Assembly (NCBI RefSeq): GCF_009914755.1
Contig: NC_060938.1
Length of the DNA stretch: 64,000 bases
Source of the DNA: the human T2T-CHM13v2.0 reference genome, Homo sapiens
Reading direction: 5' to 3' (one strand)
Positions 27,807 through 40,620 of this stretch are shown here, in pieces. Each line of letters begins with the position of its first letter. Position 1 is the first letter of the stretch. Position numbers and translations under genes: made by a program. The notes beneath the pieces are model-generated. The model did no database searches. It was given only the letters and a program-made list of their open reading frames with translations, and was not told the origin of the DNA.

Positions 27807-29484
27807 CTTTATATTTTGGTTCTCCATTAAAATTATAAGGCCCTAGTTGCAAAAAAATTGTATTTCAATCTTAGGATCTCCCACAGTACTCAATAAATGC
27901 TTATGGACTGCATTGAAGGTCATTTTCTGAAATGAAAGATTTAAAGAGATTTTATTTTGCTCTAACATATTTTGTGTTAAGGCTATACTGGGAAAATTAT
28001 GACAGGTTCTCAGAAAGCTAGCATCGTTTTAAACTAAATATTTCAAATGATATTCATTTGGAAAATTTACAAAATTGAAAATATGACCTCTTTGAAATAG
28101 CTGTAATGCCAGGGAGTCTTTGTATATTGTAAGCTAGATAATAGAATATAACAACCAAGAATCGTGGCAATGTTAACTTCTTTAAACAAAGGAAGCCAGA
28201 GAGATGAAAAATTTGGATTGTCCCATGAGAAGTCTGATAGGTATTTGAGCAATACATAGACCTGTTTAAAAGAACAGATATACCTTGGAGTCCTTGAGGG
28301 GCGTCTGTAGCAGAATCTGGTTTCAGGAAAGTGAAATTGTTGGATAACTCATGAAAACAAAAACCATGAAACAAAGAGGTTCATCATCTGTTTGAAGAAA
28401 CAGAGGTTCATCATCAGTTTGAAATTAGCCCTTTCAGCATAATGGGGAAATGCTGCAGCTGAAAGAGAAACCCTTTCATTCCACACACATGCCTGGTATA
28501 TATTAGGTTGTCAGCAAATACCTATTGAATTGAAGAGGACTTTGATTAGCCACGTTCTTACCTTTCTTTACAATTCACTACAGTTCAGCTCCTGGTGATT
28601 TAATAATTCTAAATGCCCAAATTTAAACATCCAGTTTTAAACAATTGGTTCTGGATGGGCATGTCAAGGAAAATGATGTTTTGTAGTTTGCTCTGCCATG
28701 TATGACTGAGAAAACTAAACAAAGCAGTTGAACAGCTATGTGGATGATGTTATATTTAGAAGCTATATTGCATGTACTTTTTACTAATTTTACTAAAAAT
28801 ATTGCTCATTTTCATTTTCACACAGAAGCATATTGAGGATCGGATGCTATCTTTGGTCCTCAGTGTGGGGTAGCCTTGCTCACCAGAGATAGAACAATTT
28901 TGTTTTAGGGAAAATTTTCCAGTCCCACTGAACACATATTCAAAGCAGTGAGCTACACCACCTCTGTGTTTTTCCTGGCTCTTGCATGAAATAAAATACC
29001 TGCTCACAATTTCCTGTGCTGACAGATTAGGGATAAAATGTCTGAGCTCAAGGAGAAATGGGAAAACCTGCTGGATTGGATTGGTCATTTGGGAAGACTA
29101 ACATAGGATACAAGGCACCCGCTTAAAACATCACCTGGCTATTTTAAAACCTTTCTGCAGGTCAATGAGCTAAATGGGAGTTCTATGTAGAGGATAAGAA
29201 ACTATTCATTTCTCTCAGGCTTAGCTTTTCAGAAAAGCCCTCAAAAAAAAAAAAAAAAAAAAAAAGTCCCTCTACTTCGAGTGCACTAAATCCTCTTGGT
29301 GACTTTGGTGAAAGAGACATGAAAGAGCTGATGAAGGCAAATGTGTTTCAGATGGAAAATAATAGCTCTTGGAAAGCAATGCCTGGTGAACATCTGGTGT
29401 CCCTTTATTCTGAATGAACATCTGTCACCCTTGGTTAATAGTTTACACCTGTTGACCCAATCAACATCCCTACTACAACCAAAG

Positions 29485-29612
29485 GTGAAAATACTGATGT
29501 TGAGGTCCCACCCCCTAGAGATCCTGATGGAATTTCTTGAGTTTGGCCTAAACTTTGGGATCTTTAACACTCCCTGGATAATTTTAATACGCAGCCAAGA
29601 TTGAGAACCACT
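29485..29612. mobile_element. MER5-type hAT-Charlie MITE fragment
   Basis: GGTCCCACCCCCTAGAGATCCTGAT...GCAGCCAAGATTGAGAACCACT terminal motif. Confidence 0.7.
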
Positions 29613-30748
29613 CTGTAAACAGGAGACTTTAATTGGATTTGGGAATATGACTTATTAATGCAAAAATTAAACTAGAGATATGAATTGTTTACAGACTTTT
29701 ATCATGTGTTTAAAATATTTTAAGTGGTTCTGTTTACATTAAATTTATATCATTTTGATAGTTTTAGACAACTTTGTATTGGATTCATTGAGTCCCTGTC
29801 AATATTATAATTCATTGTTTCAGTTATAGGCACTATTAGCAAACAGAAAAATAAAAGTTATAAGTCTACATATTGCTTAAACGTCTATGCATGCAATCCT
29901 TCCTTGTGGGGCAACCTTATGATGAATTATTATGGTTACAGACAACCTGGAGTGATTGTTTAGTGTTTCATTACTTTTTTATTTTAAAATGATCTCATAT
30001 AGTCGCGTTTTGTTTTTTTATCATTGGATAAATATAACTGGGTGACTAGGTGTGGATCTTTGTATAGCAAAGTGACAATTTAACTTGTAATGATAGAAAT
30101 AGGATTCTAGAAAATCTGTTAAGAAGTCTGCTGGTCAAACATTATCTGAATTCAAAAGTGACTGAACCATGGAGCCAATAAACTATCCTCATGTTGGCAA
30201 TACCGTGTCCTGTATCTTCAACCGTCTTTATGACTTTGGTTTAATGACTATTAAGGCATGACCACAAACCAAAGAGGAAAAAAATAACGCTGAACTCTAG
30301 TCCTAACCCAATGCAAACACATAGATCTATAACTACTCCCCCGACCCACCCATGTATCTACTCGAAAGGAAAACTCAAAAAACTATGAAAACTGTGCCTA
30401 TTTGAAACCCTTTATTGGTTGTCGCTTTGTTTCATGGTGGCAGATGGGTCAAGTGGTCAACTTAAGATGCACTTTAAGATTACATTCTTCAAAATAAGCA
30501 GAAGCCAAAAAAATTTTTTTAACCTGGTGGTTTAGTAAAAACAGAGTTCACTTTATCCTTTTATTTATTCATTCATCCAAGTAGCTGCTGTGTGATAAAC
30601 AAGTATGCATATCCCTCAGAGGTAGCTAAGAGAAAACCTCCAAGCCAAGAAGCTTAGTCAGGAAAGCCAGTGTTCTATCACATCTGGCCTCAAAACATTT
30701 AAAATGTCTTCATTATAAAATTGAGTATACATTTTTAAAAATCTTTAA

Positions 30749-31054
30749 TTTTATTTATTTATTTATTTGAGGCAAGTTCTTGTTCTGTTACCCAGGCTGG
30801 AGTGTAGTGGTGTGATCATAGTTCACTTCAGCTTTGACCTCCTGGGCTCAAGCAATCCTCCTGCCTTGGCCTCCCAAGTAGCTGGGAGTACAGGCATGCA
30901 CCACCATGCCTGGCTAATTTGTTATTTTTTGTAGCAATAGAGGGGGGTCTTGCCATGTTGCCTAGGCTAGACTTGAACTTCTGGCCCCAAGTCATCCTTC
31001 TTCTTTGGCCTCCCAAAGTGCTGGGATTATAGGTGTAAGTCACAATGCCTGGCC
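30749..31054 (-). mobile_element. Alu (AluJ-like)
   Basis: Antisense dimer with a (TTTA)n tail. TSD TAAAAATCTTTAA at 30736-30748 and 31055-31067. Confidence 0.95.
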
Positions 31055-31159
31055 TAAAAATCTTTAAATATTTTCCACTGGCTTATTTTTACATTCGTAA
31101 GTGATATTTTCACCATAAGTCATACAGTTTCTGGGCCTCAGTTCCTCACTTGTGAAGTA

Positions 31160-31657
31160 ATCAATCAGAGCACAAAGGCTAAGCTGCCATCAAGAGACTT
31201 AAAATCACAGTGACTTCAATGGGTAGGATGAGAGAGAGCTTAATTTCCCTTCCATGTCCCAGGCTGATCTGGCATTCTGGGATAGTTGGGCTGCTCTGTT
31301 ACAGAAGGTCATCTATTGACCTGGGATGGCTAGTAGCTCTGTTATTCTCAGTGTGTGACTTCTATCTCTGAGCCCAAGGTATCTACTGTAGCTGTTGCTG
31401 CTTCCCAGCCATCAGAAAAAGGAAAGCTTGTGAAAAGCTGCTACTTTGCTGAGGAACTGACTGGAAGTTGAATGTGTCTCTTGTGCTCATATCTCATTGA
31501 TTCAAATTTAATAGCATGGCGATTCTTAGCTGTAAAGGAGCTAGGGAAATGCACTGTCTTGTTGTGTGGTGTGCTCAGATAAACCTTGGAGAGTTCTATT
31601 ACTACAGGGCAGAAGGGGAGAATGAATAGTGGGAGATGTTTACTAATCTCTGCCATT
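31160..31657 (-). mobile_element. Old MaLR LTR (MLT1J/K-like)
   Basis: CTTAGCTGTAAAGGAGCTAGGGAAATG...GAATGAATAGTGGGAG...ATCTCTGCCA resembles an antisense MLT1 5' end. Confidence 0.6.
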
Positions 31658-31768
31658 TGAAGGGTTGTGACTACATGATTTTTAGTATTGCATTCAGCAG
31701 TTAAATCCTGCAAATTCATGATTTTGCATGATTTTGACCAGTCTGCTCTTTAATTTTAAACCCAAAGA

Positions 31769-31779
31769 GTGTGTGTGTG

Positions 31780-31820
<41 letters not shown>
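31769..31820. repeat. (TG)n microsatellite
   Basis: Directly visible. Confidence 0.97.
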
Positions 31821-31821
<1 letters not shown>

Positions 31822-31881
31822 GGGCAACAGATGGAGAGTAGGGCAAACAGATGCACTATATTTCTTAATCGTCAATTAACC

Positions 31882-32050
31882 CAGTGCTTCTCAAACATTA
31901 ATGTTCGTATAAATCACATGGAGAACGTGTTAAAATGTAGATTCTGATTCAATAAGTCTGGAGTGTGCCATGAGGTTCTGCATTTCTTACAAGCTCCTCT
32001 GATGAAGCTGATGTGGATTCTGCTGGTCCGCAGTTAACATTTAGCAAGGA
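31882..32050. mobile_element. MER5A hAT-Charlie MITE
   Basis: CAGTGCTTCTCAAAC...GTTAAAATGTAGATTCTGATTCA...TCTGCATTTCT..CAAGCTCC...TGCTGGTCC. Confidence 0.8.
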
Positions 32051-33143
32051 GCTAACCCATCCTGATGAGAAGGCCAGTGCTAGGTGAGGCCTTTTTGGAG
32101 AAATAGACAATATAGTAAAATCTCTACTCTCTCACACTGTGCCTTTGATGAAAGTAGACAAGGGATCATCTGGGTCAGCAAAAAGCCATCATACTTTTAA
32201 TTTAAAAAATGGCAACCCAAATGTTAATTTCCCACGTATTGTGAAACTTGGGAAAGATGGTGTACAATGGGCTTGTGATACTTTCTGATGCTAACTCATG
32301 TAAATTCTCAACACATGATCTACCATCTAAAAGTAAAAGTAGATCATGGAATGTTTACATGGCATTTGTTTGGACTTTGGAAGCTTTTGCCTCCATTCCT
32401 GTATGGTTTTTTTTTTTTTTTTTTTTTTTGCTAATTGTTTGATTTAAAAGTGAAATCTACCATCACATCCACATAAAGAGTTAATCTCTGTTGGACATCC
32501 AAGTAAATATGACAAGCAAAAGGCCATTTAGAGTCAGGAAAGTATTTCCTTCCCTCAAAGACTTTCCTACATATTTCAACTCAACTGGACATTATTAATA
32601 TCAGTAGACACATATTGAACCATACTTACCTGCCACTTATTCATTTTATAGGATAAGACAATATTTTTCTTGATATAAATTGTTACTTGTCTAATTTAGG
32701 AAGTGTTTTCACACTTTGTGTGTGATGAGACATAACACATCGAAAGAGAATATTGTGAAGATCTTTCTGACATCTTACCATATGACATCTTCTGTCCATT
32801 TCTGGACTACAGCATCCTGTCCATTCCCTGGACTTCACACTTGAAAAGGAGCACAGTGAATTTTGAAGCAATTAGCTATTACATTGGAGGAGTCCTGATA
32901 GAGTCATTGCCTTTTGGCAAATGACTGGAGTTCAATTTTCCCATTTAAAAATAATGGAGGTATATTCTGACATGTCAATTTCCCAAGCTCTTTGGGGTAG
33001 GTCTTCCTGACCCCTTCCCCCAGAGAGTGAATAGCCCTGTGTCTAATCAACAGTTTAGGAGCATTGTCTCATGGTGAAGAGGTCAGATTTGGGGAAAGAA
33101 CAAAAAAGAGAGTCGTATCAATTCTTATAATGAATATAAAAAC

Positions 33144-33473
33144 ATAGGTTCCCCTCCAATTACCATGGAGTTACATCCTGATAATCCCATCATAATTTGA
33201 AAATATGGCAAGTCAAAAATGCATTTGATACACCTTAACCTACTGCACATCATAGCTTAGGCTCACCCACCTTAAATATGTTCAGAAGACTTATATTAGC
33301 CTACAGTTGGACAAAATCATGTAACACAAATCCTATTTTATAAGAAAGTGCTATGTATCCCATGTAATGTATTGATTTCTGTACTGAAGTATGGTTTCTA
33401 CTGAATGTGGGTCACTTTCACACAATCATATCGTGAAAAATCTTAAACCCTCCTAAGTCGGGGACAGTCTGTA
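33144..33473 (+). mobile_element. MER47A-like Tigger MITE (copy 1)
   Basis: AAAATGCATTTGATACACC..AACCTAC...CATCATAGCTTAG...TAAGTCGGGGACAGTCTGTA. Homologous to 61286-61627. Confidence 0.8.
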
Positions 33474-36400
33474 GATGACAGTATTTGTCTTTGGGTGGAA
33501 GATTGTGAGGCATTTAGTTTAAATTTTCTGTTTCCAAATTTTAAGTATTAATATATACTACTTTTATAATCAAAGTGCAATTTAAAATAAAATATATTAG
33601 TGAATTCATTAGAAAGAAGAAAGGAAGGAAGGGAGGGATGGAGGAAGGAAGGAAAGAAGGATGAAAGATGAAAGAAAAAAAGGCTCGGAGTGGATGACCT
33701 CTACTGTTTCTCCCTGGTTTTAAAATTAATCTTAGATTAGCTATGAATTCTATGACTAGCCTGAGAATAGACAAGATGGTCATTATGGAGAATTTTAAAC
33801 CTAGTTTCCAAAATTTTATGCCAAAAAAAAAATCTGAATTTAGAGAAAGAGTGCTATTTCCTCAGAGCCAAGAACATTAATCACCAAAATGCTTGGCTGG
33901 CACAGGGCTGGAGCCTGCCTACTGGCACTCATTGTGGTCTTGGTATGTCATCTGACTATAGCCCTAAAACAAAATAAAAATGAAAGAATATGCTAATAAT
34001 AATAATAATAATTATTATTATTATTATAAAAACGCTGCACGGGGAAGTTTATGATCTGTTCTACTGCTTTTTCATTTGTTTTCTTAGGAATGTCTATGTC
34101 ATGGTTATACCGTGAGTAATATCAACCTTGCAGAGTGCACTTTTTGGCTCTCTATTCTCCTCTGTCAATAGCATCAATTCCAAGATTGGTCACCTTCATT
34201 CATGTTAGGATTTCTGTTCCCAAGGACTCAGAAGAGGAATATAACCTTCACTTCCCCTGGCCCAACTTGAGGGGTGGGGAGCAAATAGGACCACAGCTAC
34301 TGATTATAATACATATTGATTCCATCTACCTTCTCACTTCCATTAAGATCGCTAGGTCTCCAAATGGCAACCCCTTCCCACATTTTGTTCTGTTCCCTTG
34401 CAGACAGCCAGGATGTCATCGGCTTGCTTAGTGACCAGTTAAAGATTTCTGGTTATTGCTGTGTCCGTAGTCACTCTCCACTGGCTTCTGCCATGGCTGT
34501 TGCAGAGCCACTCCTTTGAACACCCAGGAGTGTCATTCACAAAGAATATAAAGAAATGGTGCCCTCTGCAGTTGCGTAACAAAACAACACCAGCTCCCCT
34601 CATGCTTGTAGGCCCTCTCTCTACCTGGAGCCTGCTCTGAACTTTCTGGGCACCCTGCAGCTTTCCCTACTCTCAAGGAAATAAGAGAGGTATCCTTACC
34701 CCTCTTTGTGGGTAGCTCCTGAGGAGTACCTGAGTTTGTGCTTCGCAGTCTCATCTGCAGAGGAATTGGGGTGGAGCTCCTGGGGATAGACCCGTGGGCA
34801 TTTTGAATGGCTCCACCTGCTTTTATTCAGAGGCATTCCTCTCTGCTGTCAGTGTCACAGGACCCTAAGCGGGATCTGGGAAGCTGTCCTCCAGGAAAAT
34901 GACTTGCCCTTTCCCTTTCTAGTTACATGAGCCAGCACATTTTGTATCTTGCCTAAGCTGCCTTTAGTTGAAATTTTTATAATGTGTAATCCAAACATCT
35001 TGACTAATACCTTACTAATACTGCACTTTTTCCTCCCTTTCTTATTCCCTCCCTCTCTCCCCTTTTAAAAAACTGTTTAGAGATATTTGCTTTATTATCT
35101 CTGAGAAAGTAGTCAACTTTCTCTGAAAATCAGTGATTTTCAGATCAGAGTTAATTAATCCCATGTTTAACATACATAGAGGTGGAAAATGCTTAGTATA
35201 GTGCCAGGTATATGATAAGCACTATCTAAGTGTTTGCTCTTATTATTATTGTCAGTAGTCATAGTTCTAGCAGTAGCAAGAAGAAGTCCAACAGTACATG
35301 GTGGCATACTGTGAGGGTACCACAAAACCCTTCCAGATTATTAGGGCTTGGTTATGGATTGCCCAAGAGAAACATATAGAATGGTAGGTATGAACCAAGC
35401 CATCGTTTCCTATTGCCTCGTTCTTGATCTCATACTTTAGAAATAAGTTCAACCCATGACCCACTTTTGCAGCCTGGTGTGTTTAGTAGTAGATGCTCTC
35501 CTCGCCTGCAAAGCCAGTTAGTCCATCATGTCCCTGTCATGACTTTGTATCACAATTGCTTCAATTATCCATTCTAATTTTCGGTCACATTATTACTTCG
35601 GGAGGGATATGAACGTAAAAAGACTACTTTGTGTTATATTTCTTGGCTCACTCCTGCCATCTTCATTTTATAGGATGTATTATCTTATTGCTGATATATC
35701 AATTGATGGTCAGAATTATTGAAAGTTTGTATTTCCAGTTCGTTAATCCTAAAAATTCAAAGCCTCAGATTCTCATAAACTCATAAATTTAAAGCCTCAG
35801 ATTCAGGATGGATGAAGTTTAAACCAGAAAATGAAGTGTCAATACCAGTCAATAGAACCTGAAACTACCTGGTGCTGTAGGTAAAAGTTCAACACAGTCA
35901 TTCTGCCAGTATATAATGGCCCATACCCCTTTGGGCTCTGTCCCTTTAACAAAGGTAGATTTGTCTTTTGATATTGTTCTAGCTGAGAAATCCTGACAGA
36001 CATAGGCATTTTTCGATGGAGTCAAACATCGTGTATCATGATTGAACCCAGTGTTTCATAGCTTGTGGTCTCCAGGATCCACTCCTCTTGTAGACCCCAG
36101 TTACCACCTTTAAAATCTCACCAACAGATAGATAGAGCTACCTCGATGTTTCTGTTACCACCGCCTTTCTCATCTACATATAACAAACAGGTGTCAACAT
36201 GAACAATTCATATTTTAAGTCAGAAAGCCTATAGCTGTTTCATAAATCTCGCCCCTACATTGAGGTATTTTTAGCACTTGCCAAACAAATAGAGGTGCTT
36301 TTGTGTTGGAAAGTATAGAGTCAACCAGAAGACTTTCTACTTAGCCCATGGGCTGAGAGGACAGTCACAGACTTCCAAAACCCTCCTCAGCTAATTGAGC

Positions 36401-36590
36401 ACTGTGCTTAGTAAACTAAACTTGGCCTTGGCCATGCTCTCTTGGATTCATATTCTCATATATTCACAAATCCCTACTGCCAGAAGCAAACCTGATGGTG
36501 AGGACAGTTTTGGCTCCAGGGCTGCAGCTGCCAGCTATGGATCCCATGGCCCACTATGAGCTCACTTCCTTTTGTATATTCTTTTTCGTG

Positions 36591-36788
<198 letters not shown>

Positions 36789-37267
36789 TAAATATCTATA
36801 ATATTTCTATAATAATTCTAATATTCTTTAATATGCCTTTTCTATCTTATCACTAACCTTTTTTGAGCTGCTCCTCCAGTCTCTAAAACATCTGACAAAT
36901 GTTACCAAGGACAGTTTTGGAATTTCTAGTCTTATAATTATTTAACGTTCTTTTATAGGAACATGGCATCTTAACCAACAATCACAAGCAGAAAATGCTT
37001 TCAAAAGTGGAATGACAGGCAGCTGCATTAAGTATGCTTCAAATTCCAAAGTCCCATGACTAACACCCCTCCTGGTTTCTGCAGAGTCTTGAATCTAAAA
37101 GGTTTCTATTATGCAAACTATCAAAATTATAGGATCAATAAGCTTATAAGGACCCAGTGGCATCTTCTGTTTTTCTCCTTACTTAAAAGCAGGGTTTTTA
37201 ATATGACATTTGACAAAACAAATACCCAAAGTACACCCAGGTATGGGATGACTTCTCCAATATCCAA

Positions 37268-37950
37268 TGCTGTGGTTTGAGGATGTCCCCTCCAAAATTG
37301 ATATTGAAACTTAATCTCCATCATGGTGGTAGTAAGAGGTGTAGCCTTTTGGGAAATGTCTTAGTCAATTTCGTGCTGCTGTAACAGAATACCTAAGGCT
37401 GGGTAATTAACAAAAAACAGGAATTTATTTCTCACTGTTCTGGAGGCTGAGCAGTCTAAGATCAAGGCACCAGCATCTGATGGATCCTTCTTGTGGCATA
37501 CTTACATGGCAGAAGATGGAAGGTCAAAAAGGGAGCACACTTCTCCTGCAAGACCTTTTCATGGTGGTATTAATCCATTCATGAGAGTAAGCCCTCATAA
37601 GCTAAACACCTTCCAAAAGGCCCCACCACCGAACACTGTTGCATTGGGGATTAAGTTTCCACCACATGAATTTTGGGTGACACATTGACACCACAGCATT
37701 GATGAAGTCATGAGGGCTTCTCCCTCATGAATGGATTAGTGCCTTTCCAAAAACCTGGAGGAAACTGACTTAGGCCCTTTTTGCCCTTCCACCATGTGAG
37801 GACTCAGCAGCAAGCCTCTCACCATACATCAAATACTGGCACCGAATCTTGGACTTCCCAGCCTCCAAAACTGTGAGACATAAATTTCTATCCATTATAA
37901 ATTACCCAGTCTGTGATATTTTGTTATAGCAGTACAAATGGACTAAAACA
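37268..37950 (+). mobile_element. MaLR solo LTR (MST-type) hosting a nested LTR
   Basis: TGCTGTGGTTTG...GGACTAAAACA termini with a perfect 5-bp TSD TCCAA (37263-37267 and 37951-37955). Confidence 0.85.
37357..37698 (-). mobile_element. Nested antisense MaLR solo LTR (MST-type)
   Basis: TGTCTTAGTC...GCTGGGTAATT...CACATGAATTTTGGG...CCACAGCA, a complete antisense MST LTR. Confidence 0.85.
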
Positions 37951-38256
37951 TCCAAATAATTCTGTCAGCCCATTTGCTTCCATTTCATGGTGAAATTAGA
38001 AATGTTCTCAGCCAATTGTTTTTGTATCAATGAACTATCCTGTGAATCTTTAGCCCAGCATATGCTAAGACATGCTTAAGACTTGTACTAGCCCTTATAT
38101 TTAGGTATATTTACCAGCCAACAAGATGAGGTCATGTTTTCTGTCCCCTCCTACAGGTAACAATGTTCTTCTCATTTATCACCAATTTCAAAAACATGGT
38201 TAATCTTAAACTATTTCAAAATAAAAAGTTATTATGAAAAAACAGATGATGGTTGC

Positions 38257-38629
38257 TGTCTTCATCCATTAGGGCTGTTATAACAAAATACCTTATGCTG
38301 AATAATTTATAAGCAATAGAAATTTATTGCTCAGAATCTGTGGTCTGGAAAGTACAAGATCAAGGGGCTAACAGATTTAGTGTCTGGTAAGGACCCAAAC
38401 TCTGTTTCCAAGATGGCACCTTGTTGCCATCTTGTTCACATGGTAGAAGGGCTGAAAGGGGTAAACTCACTCTCTTAAGTCCTTTTATAAGGGTTCTAAT
38501 CCTATCTATGATGGTGGAGTCCCCAGGACCTAATCACCTCCCAAAGGCCACACCTATTACTATTATCACCTTGGGGGTTAAGTTCTAACATATGGATTTT
38601 GGAGGGACACCAACATTCAATCCATAGCA
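38257..38629 (-). mobile_element. MaLR solo LTR (MLT1A-like)
   Basis: TGTCTTCATCCATTAGGGCTGTTATAACAAAATACC...CAAGATCAAGG...AACATTCAATCCATAGCA. Confidence 0.85.
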
Positions 38630-39657
38630 GTTATCATAGTCAGATTACTTCTTAATTATTATCATAAACAGAGTAATTAATATAGTCCTAAGATAACATA
38701 ATAAAAGTGTATTATGTTGCATGTAAAAGTAAATGGTTCCTGCCGGTTCTCTTTCTTAGGTGTGGGAAAGGAGGCATTATCAAGGCAATATCAAGTTCAA
38801 TCACTAAATCCCATTCTTTCCCAGGTTGCTGAACTTTTTTTACACAATTGTGGAACTCAGTCCAAGGTAAATTAATAGGTGCCATCTAACATTTTCTTGG
38901 CCAAACTGAGCTAATGTGAAAAACATTAGTATTTATTAATACCCACACATTCACTGTTTCTTTAATTAAAAGTTCTACTTCCTGTTGTTTCCTGAGAGCT
39001 TGCACTATTTTGAATTTATCACACCTCTCAGCCTTGATAAATACAAAGATTTGATAAATCTAGAGATTCTCTTTTAACATGGCCAATTCAAAGAGAGAAA
39101 AGAGCATATTTTTGTATCCTAGTCACCTAGATAATAGTCATGCCAAGAAGTTTTCCTTTCATTCATGATATCCACTCTAATTACACGTTTAGATATTGGA
39201 GTGATCACCAGTTACCAACAGCTCTCTTGTTAGCAGTGTTTTTATTGATCTTTTGCCTCTTTTCCACTGCATCCACGAATTCCCTGAAATACGCCTTTCA
39301 AGTATTTGGGAATTTCTTTGCAATAACACTCTGTATTCAGAAATCCCATTTATACAACTTTAGCTCCCTCTATTGGCTCAGTTATTTTCACCAGAGCAAT
39401 AAACAATAGCCAAGGCATGGCCAGTTTCACACTCATTTGTGGGGAAAAAAAATTCTCTATTTTAAATTAGTGGACCAGACCCAAGGCCATGGTTCTTCTT
39501 GTTACATATCTGAAGCCCTTAGCTATCTCACACCACAGGCACTCAGCTGATCAACCCAACACTGCAACACCGTCTTGGTCCCTTCATCTATGATAGGTCT
39601 GGAATAAAGTCGTTAAATCTCCACCTTCTCCCTGCCATCCCTAATCTGCAAGGTGAC

Positions 39658-40217
39658 TGTATGGACAAATGTCAACAGCAAATTTGGGTTGATGGAGAGA
39701 CCAATGACTCAGACTTCAAGTGATTAAGCTAAACAATATTGCAGTCAGGATAAGTAATAGAGTTAGCTAGGGCAAGCAGAGATACAAGTTTTCAAATTCT
39801 CCAATCCTCACAAAGGAGAGTGGGCTAAAAATACCCTTGTAACTGAGCATCGCAGAAAGACTGTCCTCCTTCAATTTTATGAGATTAGAGAGTTCTACAT
39901 ATTAATTAGTCTGGCTATATGCCAGTGCTATATATTCATCTGGGACTGATGCATCTGATAATCTTGGGGTTATGCAATAAACAACATGATTACAGAGCAC
40001 AGCATGGTATGACATACTCAGGCGTTCACTCAGTTCTTGGTCTCTCAAGGCAAACACTGTCTCATTTCACTCCTAAACTAGGGAACTGCAACAAGAGTCA
40101 GTTACTCAGGCATCTCTGAATCATATTAATAGGCCCTTAGGGTAGCCATGGGATCACATGGCTGGCTCACATTTGCTTTTCTTTCCTCTTCTCACTTGTC
40201 CTATTGTTCAGAGTACA
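39658..40217 (-). mobile_element. Old ERVL-type LTR (LTR40-like), possible 5' LTR of the decayed provirus
   Basis: TGTATGGACAAATGTCAACAGCAAATTTGGGTTGATGGAGAGACCAATGACTC resembles a recalled antisense LTR40-type end. Its position fits a minus-strand provirus. Confidence 0.4.
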
Positions 40218-40429
40218 GTGTTAGATAGGATTTCATACTATGTGTGATACTTAATTGTGGCCCAAAGGTCACCCCAGCTATGGTCCCACTCTTTGTATCC
40301 CCAGGGCTGCAAATGAGGACATGCCTGTGTGGGCCATGGCACTACGACTCCAGAGAAGAGAAGCTGTTAAAAGGGCTACATGGGCAGAGAAAGAAGATAT
40401 GCCTGAGTCCACATCAAGGTTTTTCACTG

Positions 40430-40620
40430 GGCAGAGTAGTGATATGACCTTGGGCAAATAATTTAACCTATGTCTTAGTTTCATCTAGAAAATAGAGATG
40501 GTAGATTGCAGGTTTGTTGTCTTTAAGCAAATGAATGTATCTGGAACACTAGAACATAGAAAACACTTAGTGAATGGCAGCTACATCATCATCATCATCA
40601 TGATCATCATCGTCATCATC
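40430..40620 (+). mobile_element. MIR with a (CAT)n tail
   Basis: TGACCTTGGGCAAATAATTTAACCTATGTCTTAGTTTCATCTAGAAAATAGAGAT, followed by (CAT)n at 40584-40620. Confidence 0.75.

Noticed and set aside
27128-27852. Six overlapping 93-222 aa ORFs rich in Y, I, V, C and H
   Set aside because: Artefacts of the stop-free TA/CA microsatellite plus Alu sequence.
34383-34520. Polypyrimidine tract plus CAG as a 3' splice site of a coding exon
   Set aside because: No recognisable protein similarity or matching donor, so it cannot be supported from sequence alone.
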